Virus record (IMG/VR): IMGVR_UViG_2597489870_000003
Length of the DNA: 39,433 bases
From: a virus
Taxonomy: Duplodnaviria; Heunggongvirae; Uroviricota; Caudoviricetes
Strand: one strand, 5' to 3'
The notes below the pieces were generated by a model. It saw only the letters and a list, made by a program, of their open reading frames with translations, ran no database searches and was not told the origin of the DNA. A program made the position numbers and the translations under genes. Positions 1-7,424 of this stretch are shown piece after piece (the stretch's first letter is position 1; each line of letters opens with the position of its first letter).

Positions 1-549
1 ATGCAATTTAATATCCCTACGTTGCTTACACTGTTCCGTGTCATCCTTATCCCATTCTTTGTATTGGTCTTTTATCTGCCTGTCACCTGGTCGCCGTTTG
101 CCGCCGCGCTCATTTTCTGCGTCGCGGCGGTGACTGACTGGTTCGATGGTTTTCTGGCACGCCGCTGGAACCAGAGTACCCGGTTTGGTGCTTTCCTTGA
201 CCCTGTAGCAGATAAAGTTCTCGTGGCAATCGCCATGGTGCTGGTAACCGAGCATTATCACAGCTGGTGGGTGACCCTACCGGCGGCAACGATGATCGCC
301 CGTGAAATTATTATTTCTGCGCTACGCGAATGGATGGCGGAGTTGGGTAAACGCAGTAGCGTGGCTGTTTCCTGGATTGGGAAAGTGAAAACCACTGCCC
401 AGATGGTGGCGTTGGCCTGGCTGCTGTGGCGTCCGAACATTTGGGTTGAGTACGCCGGTATTGCACTTTTCTTTGTGGCTGCGGTACTGACTCTGTGGTC
501 AATGTTGCAATATTTGAGCGCTGCGCGTGCAGATTTGCTTGATCAGTGA
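1..549 (+). CDS. pgsA: Phosphatidylglycerophosphate synthase (CDP-diacylglycerol--glycerol-3-phosphate 3-phosphatidyltransferase)
   Basis: 182-aa ORF matching enterobacterial PgsA end to end as recalled; followed by the glyW-cysT-leuZ tRNA cluster as in E. coli. Confidence 0.95.
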
Positions 550-700
550 TCGTTTCGGCGTAATTTTCAGCAAACGATCAAAAGTGGTGAAAAATATCGT
601 TGACTCATCGCGCCAGGTAAGTAGAATGCAACGCATCGAACGGCGGCACTGATTGCCAGACGATAATAAAATCAAGTGATTAACTGATTGCTTGATGAAT

Positions 701-776
<76 letters not shown>

Positions 777-830
777 GTTTAAAAGACATCGGCCTCAAGC
801 GGATGTCTGGCTGAAAGGCCTGAAGAATTT

Positions 831-904
831 GGCGCGTTAACAAAGCGGTTATGTAGCGGATTGCAAATCCGTCTAGTCCGGTTCGACTCCGGAACGCGCC
901 TCCA
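831..904 (+). tRNA. cysT: tRNA-Cys (anticodon GCA)
   Basis: GGCGCGTTAACAAAGCGG...TTGCAAATCC...GGTTCGACTCCGGAACGCGCCTCCA; 74 nt. Confidence 0.95.
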
Positions 905-916
905 CTTTCTTCCCGA

Positions 917-1003
917 GCCCGGATGGTGGAATCGGTAGACACAAGGGATTTAAAATCCCTCGGCGTTCGCGCTGTGCGGGTTCAAGTCCCGCTCCGGGTA
1001 CCA
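917..1003 (+). tRNA. leuZ: tRNA-Leu (anticodon TAA), long variable arm
   Basis: GCCCGGATGGTGGAATCGGTAGACACAAGGGATTTAAAATCCC...GGGTTCAAGTCCCGCTCCGGGTACCA; 87 nt. Confidence 0.93.
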
Positions 1004-1045
1004 TGGGAAAGATAAGAATAAAATCAAAGCAATAAGCAGTGTCGT

Positions 1046-1070
1046 GAAACCACCTTCGGGTGGTTTTTTT
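1046..1070 (+). terminator. Rho-independent terminator of the tRNA operon
   Basis: GAAACCACCTTCGGGTGGTTTTTTTG: GC stem with TTCG loop followed by T-run. Confidence 0.8.
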
Positions 1071-1543
1071 GTATTTGTATTTTGTTAAATGGCGGTAAAG
1101 TGGCGATGGTGTGGCGATATGCAGAAATAATGATAGTACACGTCTGTTTAAACTCTAAGGGTGAAGCAAAACTCTCCTGCAACTCATCTGCATTTCGCAT
1201 ATTGAACTAGGGCCTTGGTTAAACCAAAGTTTTTTCTGGGATCTTCCCACTCAACTTCATTTTTCCTCCTACCATCCACCAAAAGGTGTCTGCGCTACTC
1301 TATCTTTTTTAATCTGACAACATCCTGAGAAAAAGACAAATTCGTTAGATTTACTGTCTTTCTGCTGCCTCGAATGCTGATGTCTGCAGCACTGATAATA
1401 ACTCTATCTCTTTGATATAGATCTTTTTTTTGATGAATTGCACGGCATATTATCGTGATTGCACCTTCTTGTTAAAGGTGTTGTACTCCTCATCTCGATT
1501 TTATGATGTGGGCTATGATTGGTTAGTAATAGAGTGTATCGGT

Positions 1544-1825
1544 ATGCGATGTGGTTTATTAATGGCAATCTGCCTTTGTTTGGTATCTTTTAGTGGGTAT
1601 GCAGCAACAGGAAAGTCAGATGCTCAGATCAAGAAAGAAATAATTAAAGAATCCATTGAATCTTATCCAGGCAATTGTGCGTGTCCGTATAATCATGCAA
1701 GGAATGGTAGTAGATGTGGTGGACGCAGTGCATATAGCCGTACTGGAGGGTATGACGTGGTATGTTATGAAAGAGATGTTACCGATGAAATGATCCGGCA
1801 ATGGAAGCAGGAGAATGCTGAGTAA
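1544..1825 (+). CDS. Hypothetical small secreted Cys-rich protein (islet gene)
   Basis: ORF in AT-rich islet; internal Met followed by hydrophobic signal-like segment (MRCGLLMAICLCLVSFSGYAA) and Cys-rich mature part (CxCPYN...RCGG...VCYE). Start codon uncertain; track ORF begins at 1430. Confidence 0.4.
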   Translation: MRCGLLMAICLCLVSFSGYAATGKSDAQIKKEIIKESIESYPGNCACPYNHARNGSRCGGRSAYSRTGGYDVVCYERDVTDEMIRQWKQENAE

Positions 1826-1892
1826 TCTCTTTTAACTGATTTGTTGTGCGAGCATTTTGTGCAGTTAACAGCTCACTAGCTAGTGAGAGTTC

Positions 1893-1935
1893 CAAAAAGA
1901 AACCCCGCAGTTTTTACGCTGCGGGGTTGTTATTC
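1893..1935. terminator. Bidirectional hairpin terminator between the islet ORF and the hok transcript
   Basis: CCCCGCAG-loop-CTGCGGGG stem flanked by an A-run (plus side) and T-rich stretch; sits between convergent units. Confidence 0.5.
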
Positions 1936-2014
1936 ATGCCAATGAGATAGGGTGCCTTATCGGCCTTACCCTAGCAACCGATTGACGGGGAGTTGCCTCC
2001 CCGTCGCGGTTTCC

Positions 2015-2155
2015 TTACTGCTTACACTGTAAGAACGCCGCAAACTCCGCTCCCCAGAAGCTCATCCGTATTTCACACAGCGAACCGTGCAGCATCCAGA
2101 TGATGAGGATTACCGTCACGCAGAACGTGATGGCCGTAAGCGATTTTTGCGACAT
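2015..2155 (-). CDS. Hok/Gef-family type I toxin (small membrane peptide)
   Basis: 46-aa ORF not in the track (too short), translated by hand: MSQKSLTAITFCVTVILIIWMLHGSLCEIRMSFWGAEFAAFLQCKQ. Single hydrophobic helix, then SLCEIR and E-x-AAFL-x-CK motifs as in HokA/HokC; AAGGAG Shine-Dalgarno 8 nt upstream; hairpin directly after the stop. Confidence 0.65.
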   Translation of the reverse strand: MSQKSLTAITFCVTVILIIWMLHGSLCEIRMSFWGAEFAAFLQCKQ

Positions 2156-2340
2156 AGCGCTTGCTCCTTTGTTGGAGAGGCGCTAACCTATCACTTGCTA
2201 GGTTGACGGGTTAGGGCCTCGGTTAAACAGAAATGTTTTCCGGGGCCTTTCCACATCCGGCCTTCGGGTATTCCCTCCGACCATCAGCCGAAAGGCACCC
2301 GCACGTAATCTATCGCTTTTTTGTTACTCCGGCAATTCTG
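2156..2340. promoter_or_regulatory. Predicted hok mRNA leader (mok/sok control region); antisense Sok RNA expected on the + strand
   Basis: Position and length fit the hok-family architecture (about 430-nt mRNA from about 2330 to the 1900 terminator); candidate + strand promoter TTGACG-N15-TAAACA near 2203-2229. Not verified. Confidence 0.3.
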
Positions 2341-2344
2341 CCTG

Positions 2345-2605
2345 TTAATTCTGAGGTAAAGGCAAACTCATCTGATTGTTTCCCCTGTGTGAAGCTGGCA
2401 GCTCATGCCACGGGATACCTTCTGATGAGTGAACGCCGGAGGCGTGTTTCGATGTGAATTTATGGAAAGCTTCCAGTGTTGAGAAGCATACGCCGCATTC
2501 CAGGTTGTTACACTGGTAATACTTTTGCCGCACGGTGTTTGAATCATTTTCCGGACGACTGGTGCGGATACGGGCAGATGCGCCACAAAGCGGACAACGG
2601 AACAT
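2345..2605 (-). CDS. ogr: Ogr/Delta-family zinc-finger late-gene transcriptional activator
   Basis: N-terminus MFRCPLCG...RTSR...YYQCNNLECG matches P2 Ogr (MFHCPLC...RTSR...HQCQNVNC); four-Cys zinc finger. Confidence 0.85.
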   Translation of the reverse strand: MFRCPLCGASARIRTSRPENDSNTVRQKYYQCNNLECGVCFSTLEAFHKFTSKHASGVHSSEGIPWHELPASHRGNNQMSLPLPQN

Positions 2606-2647
2606 AGCGACCTCCCTTAACGTGGTGCTGCCGCTATTCTAAGTTGC

Positions 2648-3492
2648 TCACTCTGTTTCCGCTATCCATTCCGGGATTTTTGCCTCAAGCTCAAGCTGCG
2701 TGGTAAAGCCGCTGTTATCAATGGTGTGCCCGGCTTTTGCAATAATCCAGTCCTGATTATCAATCTCGCTTTTAAATCCTGTTACCGTGCCATGCATTTC
2801 GGGGTAGAGTTCTGCTCGTCCACGTGCCAGCGTGATGGAGAATGATGCGGCTCCGCGTTGTAGTTGTTGCCACTTTGCCGCCGCTGCGCGTCTTGCTGCC
2901 TGCTCGTTCTGATAAGTCTTGCGTAACACAAACACATTGCCTTCCGCGCCTTCCATATAATCACCTTCACGGCTGCTGCTTTTCTCTTTTTTCGGTTTTG
3001 GCGGTTTGCGGCGTTTCACGCTGACTTTTTTCTTTTTCCCGTAATTAAGATCAAGCCAGTAAGCGCGTACCCCCGTATACGCTTCGCGGTCAGCAATGCG
3101 GAACTGATGGCGATCGCCGCTGCTGCGTGTGATGGCGAACGATGGCAACGGCTGGCCCTGTGCGTTCACGCCACCGCCGGGCATGATGAATAACAGATTG
3201 CCGCTTTTTACCGTGGTGATTGCGCCCAGCATTTCCGCCATGCGCGTAAGGAAGGACATGTCGCTTTCTTCGGTCTGGTCGGCGTGGTCGATTTCGATAT
3301 CCATCAGCATTTCGCTGATTTGCGGTTTCAGACCATACCGATGAGCGATGGCGGATACCACACGCTCAACGGTCACATCATGCCAGGACACCTCACGTTT
3401 AACGTTAAATTCATCCCGAAAATCTGCGCTTCTGGCTGAAACAGTCAGCCTGTCCGGCGGTCCTTCGTGAGCGATTTCATCAACAATGTAAG
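2648..3492 (-). pseudogene. P2 gpD-like tail protein (late control D), C-terminal portion, separated from its N-terminus by IS30
   Basis: Translation ...SARSADFRDEFNVKREVSWHDVT...KRRKPPKPKKEK...EGDYMEGAEGNVF...FTTQLELE matches the P2 gpD C-terminal region; reading frame runs unbroken up to the IS30 boundary. Confidence 0.85.
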
Positions 3493-4713
3493 TGTAGATT
3501 CAAGTGGTCAACGCAACAGTTATGTGAAAACATGGGGTTGCGGAGGTTTTTTGAATGAGACGAACATTTACAGCAGAGGAAAAAGCCTCTGTTTTTGAAC
3601 TATGGAAGAACGGAACAGGCTTCAGTGAAATAGCGAATATCCTGGGTTCAAAACCCGGAACGATCTTCACTATGTTAAGGGATACTGGCGGCATAAAACC
3701 CCATGAGCGTAAGCGGGCTGTAGCTCACCTGACACTGTCTGAGCGCGAGGAGATACGAGCTGGTTTGTCAGCCAAAATGAGCATTCGTGCGATAGCTACT
3801 GCGCTGAATCGCAGTCCTTCGACGATCTCACGTGAAGTTCAGCGTAATCGGGGCAGACGCTATTACAAAGCTGTTGATGCTAATAACCGAGCCAACAGAA
3901 TGGCGAAAAGGCCAAAACCGTGCTTACTGGATCAAAATTTACCATTGCGAAAGCTTGTTCTGGAAAAGCTGGAGATGAAATGGTCTCCAGAGCAAATATC
4001 AGGATGGTTAAGGCGAACAAAACCACGTCAAAAAACGCTGCGAATATCACCTGAGACAATTTATAAAACGCTGTACTTTCGTAGCCGTGAAGCGCTACAC
4101 CACCTGAATATACAGCATCTGCGACGGTCGCATAGCCTTCGCCATGGCAGGCGTCATACCCGCAAAGGCGAAAGAGGTACGATTAACATAGTGAACGGAA
4201 CACCAATTCACGAACGTTCCCGAAATATCGATAACAGACGCTCTCTGGGGCATTGGGAGGGCGATTTAGTCTCAGGTACAAAAAACTCTCATATAGCCAC
4301 ACTTGTAGACCGAAAATCACGTTATACGATCATCCTCAGACTCAGGGGCAAAGATTCTGTCTCAGTAAATCAGGCTCTTACCGACAAATTCCTGAGTTTA
4401 CCGTCAGAACTCAGAAAATCACTGACATGGGACAGAGGAATGGAACTGGCCAGACATCTAGAATTTACTGTCAGTACCGGCGTTAAAGTTTACTTCTGCG
4501 ATCCTCAGAGTCCCTGGCAGCGGGGAACAAATGAGAATACAAATGGGCTAATTCGGCAGTACTTTCCTAAAAAGACATGTCTTGCCCAATATACTCAACA
4601 TGAACTAGATCTGGTTGCTGCTCAGCTAAACAACAGACCGAGAAAGACACTGAAGTTCAAAACACCGAAAGAGATAATTGAAAGGGGTGTTGCATTGACA
4701 GATTGAATCTACA
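3493..4713 (+). mobile_element. IS30 insertion sequence (1221 bp)
   Basis: Left end TGTAGATTCAAGTGGTCAACGCAACAG, right end ...CAGATTGAATCTACA; flanked by 2-bp direct repeat AG (3491-3492 and 4714-4715). Confidence 0.95.
3555..4706 (+). CDS. insI: IS30 transposase
   Basis: 383-aa ORF matching IS30 transposase as recalled (N-terminal HTH, DDE motif region). Confidence 0.95.
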   Translation: MRRTFTAEEKASVFELWKNGTGFSEIANILGSKPGTIFTMLRDTGGIKPHERKRAVAHLTLSEREEIRAGLSAKMSIRAIATALNRSPSTISREVQRNRGRRYYKAVDANNRANRMAKRPKPCLLDQNLPLRKLVLEKLEMKWSPEQISGWLRRTKPRQKTLRISPETIYKTLYFRSREALHHLNIQHLRRSHSLRHGRRHTRKGERGTINIVNGTPIHERSRNIDNRRSLGHWEGDLVSGTKNSHIATLVDRKSRYTIILRLRGKDSVSVNQALTDKFLSLPSELRKSLTWDRGMELARHLEFTVSTGVKVYFCDPQSPWQRGTNENTNGLIRQYFPKKTCLAQYTQHELDLVAAQLNNRPRKTLKFKTPKEIIERGVALTD

Positions 4714-4986
4714 AGTGCCTTTTTCTGTCAGCGGTTCTCCTTTCCAGCCAATGAGAACCGTCAGGCGCGCGCCCCGTGCCCGTGGCGGTAGCAGCAACTG
4801 ACCATCCGCATCATCCAGCGTGATGGTGAGCTGGTCCGCCTCAAATCCCCGGTTGTCGGTCAGTGACAGGCTCATCAGGCGCTCTGCCACGCCTGACAGC
4901 GTTTTACCCTCCGCGAGAATATCAAAATCCGGCATTTTTACGGGGTCTGTGCCCTGACTGAGCAATTGCATGGTGGTGTCGGTCAT
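4714..4986 (-). pseudogene. P2 gpD-like tail protein, N-terminal portion (upstream of IS30)
   Basis: MTDTTMQLLSQGTDPVKMPDFDILAEGK...LSLTDNRGFEADQL...IGWKG matches the gpD N-terminus; in frame with the C-terminal part once IS30 and one AG copy are removed. Confidence 0.8.
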
Positions 4987-5143
4987 CTGCTCCCTCCCTG
5001 TGCGGCATGGTCGCATGTGCGTGCGGAGGGGGTTACTGCTTTTTGTTGTCGCCGTGGCGGGAGAACGGCGCAGGGGTGAGATTACGCGCGTGGTGGGTGA
5101 TGATTGTTGCCGAATCATTTAACGGATACAAGGGGCTGAAGCT
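4987..5143. promoter_or_regulatory. Divergent intergenic region between D (-) and FI (+); presumed late promoters
   Basis: 157-bp gap between divergent gene starts, GC-rich with dyad symmetry (CGCCG...CGGCG); no clean TGT-N12-ACA Ogr box found. Confidence 0.3.
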
Positions 5144-6328
5144 ATGAGTGAAACTCGTTTTCATGGTGCCCGTGTTACGGAAAATACCGACCTGGTAACA
5201 GCGATTAACGATGTTGATTCCAGCGTTATCGGTATCGTGGCAACGGCGGATGATGCGGACGCGAAGCTGTTCCCGCTGAACAAGCCCACACTGCTGACCC
5301 GCGTCAATGACGTGCTGGGAAAATGCGGGACAACGGGGACGCTTTATCGTGCGCTTAAGGCCATCGCAGACCAGGTGAGCACAAAGGTGATCGTCGTTCG
5401 CGTGGCTGAACACAAAGAAGAAGACGGAAAAACGCAGGATCAACTGGTTATCGGTGGTTCTGAATCTGACGGCAGCTATACGGGGATGTATGCGCTGCTT
5501 GTTGCAGAGCAGGATGAAAGCATCGGATACCGTCCGCGTATTCTGGCCGCGCCGGAGCTGGACACGGAGGCGGTAACAAAATCCCTGTGCGTGATTGCGG
5601 GTAAACTGCGCGCGTTTGTGTATGCCTCATGTCACGGCTGTAACACGATGGCTGAGGCGATTACCTACCGCCAGAAATTCAACGAACGTGAGGTGATGCT
5701 CTTATGGCCGGACTTCATCGCCTACAACCCGAAAAGTGGCAAAAACGAAACGTTCCCCGCGCCTGCCTATGCGTGCGGCCTTCGTGCGTACATTGACCAT
5801 GAGCAGGGCTGGCACAAATCGCTGTCCAACGTTCCTGTTAAAAATGTGCTGGGAATGTCCAGGCATGTGTTCTGGTCGTTGCAGGCCGAAGACAGTGATG
5901 CCAACAGCCTCAACAACAAAGAAATCACGACCATTATTCGTCGCAACGGGTTCCGCTTCTGGGGCAACCGCACACCGGAAACGAACGCCTACATCTTTGA
6001 GGTGTATACCCGAACCGCACAGGTGCTGGCTGATTCAATTGCAGAAGCGCAGTTTGAAACCATCGACAGTCCACTGACGCCTGCGAACGTGAAGGATGTT
6101 ATCAGTGCCATCAGGGCAAAACTGGATTCACTGGTTACTGCCGGGAAACTGATTGGCGCGGAGTGCTGGTATGACGTGGTGGATAACAGCACCACGGATT
6201 TACGTCAGGGGCGTGTGCGTATTCGCTACAAATATACGCCTGTTCCGCCACTGGAAGACATGGAGCTTTACCAGACGTTTACTGATGAATACTTTGAACC
6301 TGCATTTGCGGTGCTGGGAGGTGCCTGA
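5144..6328 (+). CDS. Tail sheath protein (P2 gpFI-like)
   Basis: 394 aa; matches P2 FI along its length (ADDADA..FPLNKP, LRAF.Y, WPDF.A, GLRA.IDHEQGWHK.LSNV, RRNGFRFWGNRT, YTPVPPLE). Confidence 0.93.
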   Translation: MSETRFHGARVTENTDLVTAINDVDSSVIGIVATADDADAKLFPLNKPTLLTRVNDVLGKCGTTGTLYRALKAIADQVSTKVIVVRVAEHKEEDGKTQDQLVIGGSESDGSYTGMYALLVAEQDESIGYRPRILAAPELDTEAVTKSLCVIAGKLRAFVYASCHGCNTMAEAITYRQKFNEREVMLLWPDFIAYNPKSGKNETFPAPAYACGLRAYIDHEQGWHKSLSNVPVKNVLGMSRHVFWSLQAEDSDANSLNNKEITTIIRRNGFRFWGNRTPETNAYIFEVYTRTAQVLADSIAEAQFETIDSPLTPANVKDVISAIRAKLDSLVTAGKLIGAECWYDVVDNSTTDLRQGRVRIRYKYTPVPPLEDMELYQTFTDEYFEPAFAVLGGA

Positions 6329-6840
6329 TGGCTGTGCCAAAACATCTTCGCTTTTTTACGCTGTTTGTGGATGGTGAAAACGAAGTGGGTAAGGTGACGT
6401 CCGTCACTCTGCCTAAGCTGACGCGCAAAACCGACAGCTACCGGGGTGGTGGCATGATGGGTGCGGTAAGTATTGATCTCGGTCTGGACGACTCCGCGCT
6501 TGATGCGAGCTTTGTCATGGGGGGCGCAGTTCGTGAGCTGTTCCTGAAGTATGGCGGCACGATTGACGGCACGCTGCTGCGTTTTGCGGGTGAATACTAC
6601 ACCGATGCAGAAAGCGACCTGTATGAAGTCGAAATGCGCGGACGTGTGACGGAAATTGATATGGGGGAAGCCAAACAGGGCGAAGCCACATCACACACTT
6701 ACGCCATTAAAAACACCTACTACAAGCTGAGTGTTAACGATCGCCCGTTGTGGGAGATTGACCTGCTGAACTTCATTTACCGGAAGGACGGCAAGGACAT
6801 TGTGCCCGATCGCATCCGTTCCGCGCTTGGGCTTGGCTGA
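6328..6840 (+). CDS. Tail tube protein (P2 gpFII-like)
   Basis: 170 aa, start overlaps FI stop (ATGA); FII-like size and position. Confidence 0.85.
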   Translation: MAVPKHLRFFTLFVDGENEVGKVTSVTLPKLTRKTDSYRGGGMMGAVSIDLGLDDSALDASFVMGGAVRELFLKYGGTIDGTLLRFAGEYYTDAESDLYEVEMRGRVTEIDMGEAKQGEATSHTYAIKNTYYKLSVNDRPLWEIDLLNFIYRKDGKDIVPDRIRSALGLG

Positions 6841-6894
6841 TAAGTAATATGCAGGCGGCGCAGTGCGTCGCCTCTGACTGAAAGGAGTTTCCTG

Positions 6895-7260
6895 ATGAAA
6901 GAGACGAAAAACATCGATACCGAAAACACGGTCGTTGCTGACACTGTGAAAGAAACCAGTGAGCGTGGCGTAAAACTTACCCAACCAATTGAGCGAGGCG
7001 GCGAAAAAATCACGTATGTGGAGATCACCGGAGCTATTGAGCAGGCTGGATCTCTGCGAGATTTGTCGTTGTCTGATGTGCTGAATCTGAAAGCGGAATC
7101 CATGTTTACGCTGCTGTCACGCGTGACATCACCGCGACTGGATGAAGTGACGATCAAAAAAATGGCATCCCGTGACTTTATTCAGTTATGTGTGGTTGCC
7201 GTAAATTTTTTGAGCGGTGCGGACTCTGGCGGGAAGAACGAACAGGCGACGGAAGCCTGA
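6895..7260 (+). CDS. Tail assembly chaperone (P2 gpE-like)
   Basis: Position between tube and tape-measure genes; contains slippery TTTTTTG heptamer at 7206-7212. Confidence 0.8.
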   Translation: MKETKNIDTENTVVADTVKETSERGVKLTQPIERGGEKITYVEITGAIEQAGSLRDLSLSDVLNLKAESMFTLLSRVTSPRLDEVTIKKMASRDFIQLCVVAVNFLSGADSGGKNEQATEA

Positions 7261-7424
7261 TCACGGTTGTGTGCTTTGAGCACATAGAAGACTTTGTGGC
7301 AGATATTGCCGTTATTTTTAACTGGTCGCCCGCCGAAATCTTCATGATGACGCCCGGCGAAGTGGTTAGCTGGCGTGAGCGGGCGGCACTTCGCAGCGGG
7401 AATGCAGACAATGAAGACTCTTGA
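6895..7424 (+). CDS. gpE+E' -1 programmed frameshift product (tail assembly chaperone, extended form)
   Basis: Zero-frame codons AAT TTT TTG give slippery heptamer T TTT TTG; the -1 frame stays open from 7212 to the stop at 7422-7424 and overlaps the tape-measure start. Confidence 0.6.

Noticed and set aside
1004-2345. Prophage attachment site (attR) adjacent to tRNA-Leu
   Set aside because: The integrase is at the far end, so its cognate att is outside the window; no repeat of a tRNA 3' end or recognisable P2 att core was seen between ogr and the tRNA, and the islet plus hok locus intervene. The boundary cannot be placed without the other junction
4657-5118. 153-aa minus-strand track ORF taken as one gene
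   Set aside because: It is the N-terminal part of gene D running into the IS30 right end (C-terminal residues are IS-derived) and its first 44 codons precede the likely D start (MTDTTMQ...); annotated as a D fragment instead
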